A stretch of 64,000 nucleotides of DNA from Bugula neritina (Eukaryota > Animalia > Bryozoa). Below are positions 36,606-50,248 of this stretch, in pieces. Under the pieces are notes generated by a model. The model was not told the DNA's origin. It did not search any database and was given only the letters and a program-made list of their open reading frames with translations. The translations under genes were made by a program, and so were the position numbers. The stretch covers positions 6,866,889 to 6,930,888 of the forward strand of contig OZ037772.1 of assembly GCA_964035545.1 (NCBI GenBank). The letters run 5' to 3'. Every line of letters starts with the position of its first letter. Position 1 is the first letter of the stretch.

Positions 36606-39600
36606 CTGTACGTGTAAGAAAAAAACAGTGAAGTTTTCATGTGTAGTAGGCTAATTATAGAGAAGACAGTCCAGTATCATTCAACAGAGATGTATGATAC
36701 TTTAGTTTAGCAGCCAGACTATATAAACCATGCAAAAGCTTAGGTTTACAGAAATAAACCAGTGGAAAAGTTGACAGCAGTCTGGCTACAAGTATTTTTA
36801 GAATGAGAGAAAGATGTAGGCATTACATGAGGTATACCACAATCCTTCTAACATATGCTAAAGGGTTGTAAAAAATTACATAGTATTGCTATATTAGTGT
36901 ACATGTAGTTTTGAAAGATATAACACAATTGGTTCTGACTATTATATCAACAGGGCTGTGCCAACCATACATTACATGGTAGTTTGTCTCTGATAAAGAA
37001 TGTATAAGCACTTGAGCAATATTTATACAAATTTAAACTCTGGATACTTGAGATTATAGCTTATAAGTCTATAAATCTAAGTGGAACAGAAGGCAAACGT
37101 ACAAAAATTTACAAAGCAATAATACAAATTTAACAAACATGGGTCAAGCATACAAAATTCAAAACTTAATAAAGTATATTTTATTCAAGTATATAGCATA
37201 TAACAATATATACTACATCAGTGCTTGAGAAAGCTTCTCACCCAGTTTCACAAATGAACTGACACCAATTCAGTTAAGATGTCATAAAAAAGTAATTGGT
37301 ACAACTCAGAAGTATAGGCATAATATTATTATCTTCTAGAGATTACACTAAGAGGATTGTACAGTAGATACACTGATCACTAGTTATATGTAATATATGT
37401 TCTACTTTTTGAACACAGAACAAGTGTAACTGTAAGGTCTGGGAAATTGTTTATAGATGATAAAAAGCAGTGTTCCAAAAACATGACCTTTTACACTCCT
37501 GTTACGTTGAAAGGTCAGCAGTGATGCAGGTTCTGTATATATACAAATATGACCTATTTTAACATTATGATGCATTGAATTATGATCACATTATATAATA
37601 TACAATGGCTATATATAAATTGATTGGTAGGATGAAATGAAACTTCATTCTGTTTACGGCTCTACACACTACTCTGCTAGTATAACTAAACTCTACCTAC
37701 TACATCACTAAATGAAAAGGTGAGTAAAGACCAATTTAGTCTGCTATAAATTTTTACTTTGGCTATAAGTTAGAGCTACAAACGAGTTTTAGAAATTTTT
37801 GTTACTTGCCCATGTTTTGCATGCTCATTGCATTAAAGCATAACCATTTGTATTTGATAAAAAAAGTTATTTTTGACATATTGTACCTCAACATGTTTCG
37901 TTGCTTTTTCTAGCATTGAATCCATTTTGATAGATTGTGAATTAGCATGTATTGGGGTAGCTGTGATTTGAGATTCAGCAACTAGATTCAATGAGTAGTT
38001 ATATTGATAACTAATTAAGTTATATTGTGTGTCCATAAAACAGTGATGCACTTTTAGATTACGGTACATAAATATTGTCATCCTGGTGGTCATTTGCTGG
38101 CAAACGTCATTATCTTTTTCTCTATATTTATTAACTCTTTTACACAACTTTCTTGCTCTGCATTGTGTGTCATGACTGTTTTATAATATGGATAGCATAG
38201 GTAACATGTATTTGCTATATTTTATGTCATTACTTTCTGTTTTGGTATTAAAATACTAATTATTAGTGCACTGTTTTTGAACATGAAAACCTGTGAACTC
38301 AAAACTAATCTATTATTTATTTGCACTGTAGATCAGTATCTCAATCATTACATTGGTTTAAGGTTTATTTACGTTCATAGAATATAATACTAATAGTAGT
38401 AATTTGCCTATTGTGGATGCTGAATGTTGCGAATTAGCTTCAAAGCCTGTCTAGCCTGGGAACCCCTATAATTATTTTGTAATCTACCCTCATATTGTAG
38501 TGCAACTAATGTAGTTATGCTCAGAGCACATGCTATTGAATCAGTAAAGTGAAACCAGTATATCTAGTATCCTATACCATTATAGAAGTCCTAGAGAACT
38601 TCGGGTCAATCAGTGGTGATGGGCCCTGTATTGAGTTATATAGAAATGGTCACCAATCCTCGCCTAATGAGGCAGGCGCAATTGTATTGAGTAATTGATT
38701 GGCTGTAGCTACAACCAGTTGAATTTCATTGGCTAGGTGATGATCATAGCAATTAGAACAAGTGGTGGATAGAGTTAGGGGTTATATCAATACAGATATT
38801 TCTAGCAGTAAATGTATTCTAAAAAAATATTTTCTTTCAAAATGTTTCAAAAGCTATGAGTTATGAATTAAAATTAACAAAATATATTATTTCTGAATGG
38901 AAAACCTCAACAGATGCAGGTCTGATTTTTTTTATTTAAGTCCACTCCTTTTAAACTATGTTCTAGAGAAAGGTTCACATCACTGTATCTATTGGATAAG
39001 AATGCAGTCTTATAGTTTTACTTGAAGCATAATTGTCTTCTCACTCTATTTCAATTCATATAAATTTATAACTGCTTGAATTTATCTGCATGATTGAAAC
39101 ATAATTGTCTTCTCATTAAATAATAGCTTTGCAAACTTGATGCCACCATAATTTATACACTCTTGTAAAAAGTTAAAATGTTATAACGATTTTTGATTTA
39201 TTAATAATATATAGGCTCTCAAGTTATTTTATATAAAAAAAGCAATTTTTATGGTGATGAAAGAAAATATAACTTTTAAGAAATATATATACATAAAAAT
39301 AATTTTTGGCATATGAATAAATCTAAAACAATATTGCATATGTAAAGTTTTATTATAATGCCCATAATTCAATTTTTTTTGAAGCAATTGTATTTTTTTT
39401 TGTAAAGTATTAATTTTCTTCTTGTTTTACTATACTTTCAACAGTTGTACAGGCACATTTATCCTATCTATTTAACACCTACAGATGCACATATAAATTT
39501 ATTCTGTATAATTTAGAAAATGAGCACATAGCACAGATGAAAATTGAGTCGACCTATAATTTTGAACTTTTAGTAAATATCTGTAACCAATTGAAACATA

Positions 39601-40080
39601 ACACTAGTAAAATCCGTGTCACATTTGAGTTAAAATCTCGCATTCATGCATGCTATTTAAAATATATGAATATAATTTAATATTTTTGATTAGTAGTAAC
39701 TATACATGTGCACCATTTTTTACTATGCTATGCAATTTATTATCACATACCATTTATTTGTAACAAAATAACTTATAACACTTTGTATCATATATAATAT
39801 TATCTTTTAGCCTGCACTTGCATAACAAACTCTTGTGACTATGTCGCGATAGTATGCCATGCATATAAACTAACACAATTAATGGCACATATCGAGATTG
39901 ACTGCAGTCGATCTCAGTATGTACCATGGTGTGTTCTTGCACAGACATCCACACACGCACCCGCGAACATGAACATGAGCAAGCATATATACTTCTCTAC
40001 TGTTCTTACGTATATTAAAATTACAACTTTCAATTGTTGAAATATTTCTAGTTAATAATTAAAGGGGTGAGCCCACCATC

Positions 40081-40193
40081 TGTTGTTTAGCTTCAACATC
40101 ATAACTCTATATAGGGGCAGCTAATTCACTAAATACCATTTAGTGAATTAGCTGCCCCTATAGAGTTATAATGCTGCATGAGGCTAAACAACA
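40081..40193. repeat. Long hairpin / miniature foldback
   Basis: Perfect 25-bp arms tataggggcagctaattcactaaat-acc-atttagtgaattagctgcccctata, extended imperfectly to tgttgtttagc...gctaaacaaca. Confidence 0.85.
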
Positions 40194-40222
40194 TGTGCAA
40201 ATATTTAACTTAAAATACATGT

Positions 40223-40325
40223 GAGTCATTTTACTTAATTTAGTACACACTGGAAATCTCCAGTTTTTAGATATTTTTTACAATTTAGCTGCTATGAACA
40301 TGGGTTTTTGCCAAAAATTAGTGAA
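40223..40325. mobile_element. Truncated end of the Sola-like MITE
   Basis: gagtcattttacttaatttagtacacactgg... matches the start of copy 1 for ~100 bp. Confidence 0.7.
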
Positions 40326-42570
40326 CTAGAACTCAGCAAAAAAATGAAAGAACTTATTAGGCAAGCTCAGTTTTTCTACCTATATAGCTACTGCACCTAA
40401 ATGGTGAAACTTGGAATTTAATATATTCAAAGCACGAAATTATCTTAACTGGACATTCAATCTTTTTTATTGCAGTTTATATATGAATTTTAACAGCATT
40501 CTAGCTCAAAGTTTATGTTGATCAAGTGATTCATGTTGTTTCAAATTATAGGCACACCTATAGATGACCGCGTATGATTTAATAAAATTTGAAAGCATTC
40601 GAGGTGAAGTTTATATTCTCATTATATATAATAAAACGGCATAGATATGCTCAGGTGATTAGCTATTCATATTTTTTCCTACAAATTGTTTATTTATAAA
40701 TCTTGAAGACATATTTCTGATTTAGTCTTGATTTGAATTTTCCCTATATTATCATATTATATCAATTTCTTTTTATATTGAACTTGGACTGCATATGTTT
40801 TTTTTTCATTTTAACTAAGTACACCTAGATCAAAGTTATGATTCTAATCTTTTAGTTTAATAAAATTGGGGCAAGGTGTTTTGCATGTTTCATTTCATTA
40901 TTTGCTTGTGAAATGTACTTTTGGACAGAAAACAAAAGTATAATAAATTTCAGAAAATGCCTAAATATTGACATTCAATAATTCATAATTAATTTAATAA
41001 ATAAATGATGCTTTGCTATTAACATGCGGCCTCTGTAGCAAAACAGTCTATAGCTATTTGGCTTATAGTATAACTATCTAGTAGAAACTGGTGCGCTTGT
41101 GTCTTATTGAAGAAATATAAGCTGCAAATTATTTGCAATTAGTAAAAAAGCTAAAAAATTGTGAGTATTAAAATGTTTTTGGCTATAACTTGAATACAGA
41201 TCACTAATAGTAATGCAACAATCATTCTTATAAATTAAACATCGTAGACAGAATTGAAAAAAAACATAGAGAACATGTTAAAATATTGATTCATTATCGT
41301 TGTTGAAACTAACGTTAATATAATATGTTCTAGATATAAAACAAGGCTTTGAGAGACGTTGCCAACAAAGTTGTTCCATTATTTAATCAACAACTCTGTA
41401 GGACTGTTATATGTAATGTAGTATGAAATGTATGCAAGATTTTAAAAAAAAATATTATTTTGTGTGGTTTGATGATGTCATGGTTCAAAAACTGTGAGCA
41501 AATATTGCAAAAAATAAACTATAAAAAGTAGTTATAACACTATAGATAAAGCTTTATACCATATTTCAGATATAGACTTTAAAATATTTATTCAACTAAT
41601 ATTCAAGCTTAAAAAAATTCTAATGTAGCTACTATGGACAACATAAACATTTCTCAAAAACGACTAAGTGATTTCTCTGCTGTCATTAAATAATCTAACA
41701 TCCATTTTTTTTGAGATTGAAAGTGGACACTCAGATTACAACTTTACAGAAGAACAGAAGTTTACTGTAATACACTTTTGTAGCACTTCATATATTTGTG
41801 ATGCACCGCAAGCCAGTATACAATCTTATGAACTTGAAAATCTAATGACTTGCACTACACTACACTACACTCAATTCTTTGACACCTACATTGAGATGTT
41901 TTCTTGGATGTAACAAGTAATGGCTACTCAAAGTAAGGCTGAGTTGAAGTGAATTTATACTCAAATTATTGTCTTTGTTAGAATGAAACACTGCATTGTC
42001 ACGCAGCGCTTTGAAGATAAGATAATTGGTGACTAGAATGCTCTAAAATGTTTTATTACCCATCAAGCACTCTCATCCATACTTGAGCATAAAGGTAACT
42101 GTGCTCTGGAATTTACTTATCACTATATATTTGCTATGCAAAAATGTTATGGCTGCAACATATGCATTACAATAACCAAAACCTTTCATAATTTACTATA
42201 AGTGTTAGGACTAGATTTGTAACAATGTTTAATTACAGGATGGTATAATGTCGGACTGTAATAGTTGTAAGTTGTTGTCAGTAACTTGTTTTAATTAGTT
42301 ACTTTTACTCATGCAGTCTTTTTGTGTGGTTCTAGCATGATAAATATTTAAACATATATGTAGCCATAATATATTATTTTTATATCAATGATTAAACATG
42401 GCAAAGTATTGCTAAGCATCTCTATAGGATCTAGCAACAAATATAAACGCCGTATGAGTTAGGCAATCACAGAAGTAGTGTTAGCTACCAAACAGTCCTA
42501 ATCTGCAATTGCCCACGTATATATTAACTTATTCTTGACCAGGTCGAGCTCACACCTGACTGGGCCGTAT

Positions 42571-42711
42571 CATTTGTGAAATGTCATTTTTAGAAATGTC
42601 CTTTTTTTAAAAGTCAATTTATTAATTGTCAGTTTGGGAATTGTCAATTTGGGAATTGTCTTTTTCGAAACAGGTGTTTTTGAATTGTCATTTGTGAAAT
42701 GTCTCGGATTC
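42571..42711. repeat. ~15-bp degenerate tandem repeat (ca(t/a)ttt..gaa(a/t)tgt), likely a TE subterminal array
   Basis: About 9 units ending in aaatgtctcggattc. Confidence 0.65.
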
Positions 42712-43384
42712 AGTTTAATCACCTACTGTAGCTACTGCATTATTTTACTATACTTACTGCTCCATAGAATATGTAACACCTATTAGCTACTGTATCATTT
42801 CATACGAAGGTGAATGTAGTTAATTGTTATGTAGTATAGTAGCAGTGAATTTTTGTGGCTGCCTACTCATTCTAATAAAAACTTAGCCTCTTTTAGAAGT
42901 TTGCTGCTAGGAATACATAAAATTTATAAATCAACTGGTGGAAACAATGTTATGCGTTTTGCTCTGTGTTGTGTAATGAACTTGACAAGTGTTGCAGATC
43001 TTATCAACTATCCTAGTTTCTCACCTATTCTAACATTGCATCCAGTGTTAGGAATGGTAAATCCGCGTGTTTTATTTTTGGTAACGTTAGTGTCAGCATC
43101 TATAGATCACTCTGATGTCTACATCTGCTTGCGAAATAGTAACTATGTATGTCTGCTAGAGCTAGCAAATGCATGGGTGGTTATTTGTATGAAAGTGTAA
43201 ATCTAAATGTGTTTATTTTAAACTAGACAAACCATACCAAAACCATCATTTTTATACTATTAGAGAAAAATTATTTTCGCCTTCCCTCTATCTGTCTTCT
43301 TCTACAACTCATTCTGTTCTCTCTTCTTTGCTCTTTCATTCCCCCCCCTCTCTCTCTCACGATATTCTGTTTCTCTCACGATAT

Positions 43385-43532
<148 letters not shown>

Positions 43533-43632
43533 GATATTGTCTCTCAATTTACTTGTGTATGGCAAGAACTGCGCACTTTGACTCATAAGCTTTCTTAACA
43601 TAATGAAACATGTTCTATGTTGAAAGTTCAAG

Positions 43633-44537
43633 ATGGCTGCCCAGCAACTACCAGAATGGTATGAGTGTGGTTATTGTCTCTCTAGGAGGGATGACATGAG
43701 AGATCCCAGAGAGCTACCTTGTGAGCATGTATTCTGTTTGAGTTGTATTCAAGGACATTACAGTAAACATAGAACTGTGACATGCCCTACATGTGGGTGA
43801 GTAGAAATGTATCCAATGTATACTAGAATGATATTTTCTAAGTTTATTCAAACAATTATTTTGAATATTCTAAAGTTTCTTGAAGCTATTATAAATGTGC
43901 TATAGATACTGTACAAGCTCATCTTGAGTATTAATAGTTACATGTAATGTCATCTCGAAACATGTAATGCAGTAAAAGCTTTACCAATAATGGTGGTTCT
44001 ATGCTTTTCATATTTATTTTTAATAAAAAAAATTCTTCCTTTCCAAAGCCATACTGCTAGCAACAATTTCTATCATTTGATTGCTGAAGGTGGTCATGTA
44101 TAGAAGTCCAGCATAGAAGTCGTTTGTATATTTTTTTCAATTTTTTTACATATCCAATGTCATGTTGTATGTCATACTGAAAGCATCATGGGCTATAATG
44201 AAATTATTACAGACAAGTGTATGGCTCACTGAAGTTTGAAGAATTACCTAAGGTTGCCATAGGAACTGGTGAATCTAGTACTCTGTACTGTACAGCTCAT
44301 GGATGTCAAGGTCAAATAGCTACATGTTACTGTGTGAAGTGTGAAGTTATGTTCTGTTCTCAACATCAGCAGGTATATTATAGTTCAACTACTGCATCTC
44401 TAAATGTCAGCCAGGCATCAGTAAAATATTGTGTTACATGTAAATATCGGTTTGGTTTTCAACATCAACAGATAAAATGATACACGAGCAACTTTATAAC
44501 AAATTTCTTAGATGCTACACTCATAAGTGATACACAT

Positions 44538-44636
<99 letters not shown>

Positions 44637-44877
44637 CACACACGCACGCACGCAAGCACACACACACTCACAAACACACACTCACACACACACTCACACA
44701 CACACACACACTCACACACACACGCGCGCACACACATGCACACACACGCACACACATGCACACACATGCAGACACACATGCACACACATGCACACTCACA
44801 TGCACACATATGCAGACGCACATACACCTAGTATATTCATTATATACACAATTGCTACACACGTGCACACCCACAGA

Positions 44878-44922
<45 letters not shown>

Positions 44923-47900
44923 GCACGCACACATGCACACATGCACACATGCACACATGCACAAACACATGCACACATATGCAGACGCACATACACCTAG
45001 TAGAATAATTATACACGATTGCTACACACATGCACACACACTCATGCACACATGCAAATGTACAAAGGCATGTATATGTCGACACATGTGTCTGTGAGTG
45101 CAAGTATATGTATATGTGCATTTGCATGTGCAAGTGTGTGTCAACTTTCTTTTACATTTTTTTAATTTCAAACTTTTTTGATACTGCTTCTAATGAAAGT
45201 ATTGTAGCTACATGATTACCTATTTATGTTATATTCCAACGAAATTTTTCTTTAATTTTAGGCACACAAAGCAATGTATGGTGAGTCTCACAAGGTAGTG
45301 GACATTGATGTCTACAAGAGATCACCTGCTAGCTATAACAAACCAACATGTGAACATCATCAAGAGGTTCTAGTGAGAGCTTGCAAGAAATGTGACAAAC
45401 TAATCTGCTTTGATTGTGAGATTGACAGATATGACTGCACAAGTATGTAGCTTAGTGTACAGATATATAACAGAAAAATAAAATTGAAAATATTGTTGCA
45501 TGGTCACAATACAGAGTAATTTCACTTAATAGAAATAACAAAATTACTATATTATAGCTGTTGCAGTTTATCTAAATAAGCTAAAATCATTATAAAGCTA
45601 AAGCTGCCAGATATTTTGTCATTTACTCATCTGTAAATGAACATTAGGTGTGTATTGCACCTGAAAACAAATTGTGTTAACAATACAGTTTATCTTTTGA
45701 TTTAACAGTATTTTGTGGAAACTTCTTACGAGCTCATGCAGTTGTTGTGTATATTTACAAGACTATTTGACAAATTTATAATTCAGGTTTCATAAGTCCT
45801 TCAGCCAAACCGCTCTTTAATAATCTACTTTACAGTTATGCTTAAATGAATAATCAATTATTTATTGTTTGCAAAGGAGTGACGGAAATTTATAATAGAC
45901 ACTTTCCTCAAAGGCGTTGCTGGGTGTCGAAAATACTAAAAATGGTAAAGCAGTATAATATAGGGTGATGGGCTTTATTTGCTGTTTGTATGTAAACTTT
46001 AGCATTCAGTTTTTAACTGATTACTACACTAGGCATCAAATTTTTTTTATAGATCAAGAAAAACATGATTTTAAATCTCTCACATCACTGAAAGAAGAAG
46101 TGAACACCTACTTTTCCAGTCAGCTGAATGTAATTGCTGAACATCTTACCAAGATCAGTTCTTTGGACAAGAAAGTTTGGAATGATCTTGATGATCAAGA
46201 ACAGAAATGTTCAAATGTTATAAGAGAGATAGAAAAAGTCAGAGATGGAATGGTGAGTGATTAGTCATAGTTTCCTTTTGTGATAGACTTTTAAAGTATA
46301 CCAACACTTTTATACATGTACATATCCTTAAATTATTAAACGTTAGAACAAAAATTAGGTCAACATTAACAATGTGTGATAAATTTAATATCACTATCTT
46401 GCGTATTTATATATATTCTCATTGAGTCTTAAAAAATCCACGATACCTTAGATACAACTTCACACAAGGTTGGCTTACTAAACAAAGTGATAATTAAAGT
46501 AATTTGTAATGGCATCTTTTGCACTTTTTAATATATAACAATTAATGTTGATATGTTCTTGAAAGTTGATTACCATGATATTATATTTTAAAATTAGACA
46601 ACAACACCTATTAAATGCTTCATACATATACTAGAACACATAATTCATTTGTGAAAACTTAGAAACTATTCCATTTTAGCTAATAAACTAAATTGAAAGT
46701 TTTGTGGGTGTAAACAAAAGTATTTTCAGTGAACCCAAATCAAACTTTTGTCAATAAACTTTTCAGTAGAAACTAATCCAGAAATGTACTAATCTAACAT
46801 TTCATCTCAAAAGATTTTGCATTTTTGCTAAATATTTTCAAATTAGACAGGAAGACATGTACAAATACTGAAAGAATCATTTTTTACTAAAAATTAAAAT
46901 TTTATGCGATTAAAACGCTTTTCTTTGAACTAATAAAAGTTTTCCATATAAAGTCTGAGTTTGAAACCAAGCTAAAAATGTAATTGAGTCAAAATGCATT
47001 CATATAAACCGATTAAATTATTTTTTTGAATGCATATTTTGTTTACGCAACAGCAATATTTTAGATCCAAAGAATAACCAATGAGAGTCAAGAACTGATT
47101 GAAAGAGTTACAAACCACAAAGAGGAGGTGACCAATCAGGTAGAAGATTTCTACAACAAGCTGATGTTGAAGAAAGATGGGTTGGAAAAGACACAAGCTG
47201 AGGTACATCGTTTGCTGAAAGATGGTCATGTGACTGAGAAGATCAGACAGAAGAAGAGAATGACAGAAGAGCTGGATAGACATGATGCAGATAAGCTGAA
47301 TGATTGTGAACTTGTTGATCCACCAGCTCTGATACACACAGGTATGCTACTTATAGCTTCAGTCAGTAAAATTAATAAAATTGATGTAATGCTAGCTTTT
47401 CAGAAACAAAGGAATATAACCATGATGTTTAATTCTTTCAAAACTGAAAATGCAATGTTTTGTAATATAACCAATACAGCTGTTTTAAATTAAAATTAAA
47501 AGCAAAATAAATTTTGTCATAATTACCATAAGCAACACAATTATGGTGTATAAGGTTATGTTGAAAGTGCATGTTTGGCATTTTCCTTCTTGCTTTGCGT
47601 TATGTATGAAGAAGAAACAATGTATGACTAATAATTATAACAGAACACAAGTTCGACTAATGAAAACTGTGTTAGAATAATTCTTGTTGCATTTTGTTCA
47701 TCTGTCAAGTATATTTAAAAAAACAAAAACCATTCAATGACGATGTATACTCATCACACTATAGTGTTCACTTTAAATTGACTGCATAATACTTTGTAAT
47801 ATGCAATAGAGTGCTCAAACTAAACATGCATGTGTGTTCAATTTAACTTAATACTCACAGGATAGGGCAACCTTTTAGCTGCAACTGCCTTGCTGAAGTT

Positions 47901-50248
47901 TGCATTGTAATCATATAAGAATTCAGTACCAGTAAAATAAAATCTCACCTAATTGTGCTAGAGTCAAAATTTAAAAACTATGTTGTAGATCTTCTTTTTC
48001 CCAAGTGTAATTTTTTTGGAAATTTCAATTTTCATTTTTTTTGCAAAGTTATAGACAAAAAACTGCCAATTTTGGCCAATTTTGCCTGAAAAGCTGACTT
48101 TTCAGTACCAGCAAAATATCTCAGCAACAAAACATGATATCTGAATAAAATTTGCACTGTTGGAATCCTGAGATATTTCTCCAGTGCAAGTTTTTTTCTT
48201 TTTCCAATAACTCTTCTAGATTGTTAATAAATTGGTGATTTATACACTGAAAATGCTATATTTTTTCATAGATAATTAGCAGCGCGCAGCACTTCAAGCT
48301 TCAATGAGCACATAGGGATGAGAAGATATTGGCGCAAACATACTAATTACAGGCTTGCTAGCTGGCAGACTATAATGAATAGCTTGCTTTGTACATTGTT
48401 TATGTGGCACCCATAATGGAATGTTGGTAGATAACGCAGCCCTAATGAGGGTTGCTGCCTATTGGTTGTAGTTTGATCTTAGGCTGAACAATTGTAAGCA
48501 GGCAACACGCATGCCACCCGAAGAGCAATATTATTCAAGAACCTAAACTATATTTTGAGAGAAATTCATGATATTCTTAGTGAGGATGCCCTTAACTATC
48601 CTGTGCTTTTGGTTAATCTCTACTTTGTGATTTAGGTAAAACTAGCAGTCACAACATAATATACGCATGCAAGTGTGTTTTTTTAATTATTTATAATATG
48701 TTTTCTGATACTGCCCTTAGTATAACAACAAATATAGCAATAGTTCCCTGAGTTAAAATGACCCAACAATGATAATATTATTATGTTATAAAGATAACGC
48801 TATATTATAGTAATGAAATCATGCATTATAGTGTATTATTAGCCTGTTTTACAACAGAACGATGCAACTGTTCAACTACATAGCAAAAATACTAAAATGT
48901 TATAACAATGAAAATGTATAATAGTACTTAATATATAATAATTTATATGATACTTATATATAACTATGACACTATATAGCTATATAAAACATAATTAATT
49001 ATACTTTGTTGGAGAGGTTGATAAAAAAAATTCTTTTTGCACTAATCATCGCAAACAAACATATTATGGCTGATCAAATTTGCAAGAAAATAGGTTATCA
49101 TAATATTTTTCAAAGCAGCTAGTCAGTTATATAGTGTGCAAAAAAATAACACAGTAAAATGTGTTTACCTGAAAAATGACTTCTCATAAGCATACTTCAT
49201 GGTTAACAATTTAAATTTAATATTGCAGCTGAGGGTAAGAGTAACCTGCTGAATATCAGTCTAGTAAGAGTTCCTTCTTCACTGACATTCATATCTGAAC
49301 ATAAGACAACTGCTAGATGTTATTCAGCCAATCACAGACAAGATGATGACATACTCATAGGTACTCATAATGGAATACAGTTACTGAGTAGAGATGGTAA
49401 TGAGTTGAGTGAATACAGTCCAAGTGAGAAGCAAGTAACAGGAGTGATTGAGACTCCTCAGAATGTCTTCATTTTACACAGAGAAGGTGACACATCTAAA
49501 GTAGATATGTGTTTAGCTGGTGGCATCACAAAGAGACAACAACTGCTTCAGTTTGATAGAACCAGTAACAATGGAGCAGTAATGGCAGTCTCTGACAGAT
49601 ATGTTGTGGTGAATCATCCAGATGCTAGACAGCTGATCATCTATGACTTTACCACTAACCAGACAGAGACTATTCATCCTGATGTGTATCCAGTTGGTCT
49701 ACACTTTCTACCAGATGGTTATTTGCTAGGAGTTGGTAAAGGTAAACTGATAAAGTACGAAGTGGAGAATGGAAAGCTGACTACAGTCTGGACATGTGAT
49801 GATGTAACAGAAGGATACAGTGTCTGTGCAGATTCTAATGGTCTCATCTATGTATCTGGAACATATTCGAAGTCCCTTTACATTCTTTCCTCGCAAGGTG
49901 TGCTTTATATCAATATCATGCTAAAAAGTATACTGTCTGACTATATTGCAAAAAATTGAGACTATAATATTATATTATCATTTTAAAACTTTGTAAGAAA
50001 CTCGATCAAGAAACACGTGCACATGCTCAGACATACAGCATGTATATGATATACTTTTTTTCATATATCAGTATTTACTAATGTAATTTCTAATATAATA
50101 TATATAAGCAGGTGTTCTTCTCAAGACACTGACTCATGATAAGTTACCATCTCTATTTGGTGGAATACCGAGTATCAGAGATGGAATACTGGCTGTACCT
50201 GGTTGGGAAGACAAAAAACTGTATTGTTTCAAAATAGAACCTAAGTAA
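43633..50248 (+). CDS. TRIM/RBCC + NHL-like beta-propeller protein, paralogue D, ~595 aa
   Basis: Exons 43633-43796 (RING ending CPTC), 44213-44372, 45262-45442, 46053-46252, 47065-47341, 49229-49897, 50112-50248 (..LYCFKIEPK*). GT-AG introns with the same phases as C; 1788 nt open. Confidence 0.9.
44531..45140. repeat. Compound (CA)n / CACATG low-complexity tract in intron 2 of D
   Basis: CA runs plus an internal duplication of cacatatgcagacgcacatacacctagta. Confidence 0.9.
47856..48605. mobile_element. CACAG TIR element, copy 2 (intron 5 of D)
   Basis: Same internal sequence as 6694-7448; left TIR has a 5-bp deletion; TSD CT/CT; empty site in intron 5 of B (~16813-16834). Confidence 0.85.

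Noticed and set aside
42571-42711. CRISPR-like array
   Set aside because: Degenerate head-to-tail 15-mers without spacers, in a eukaryotic context.
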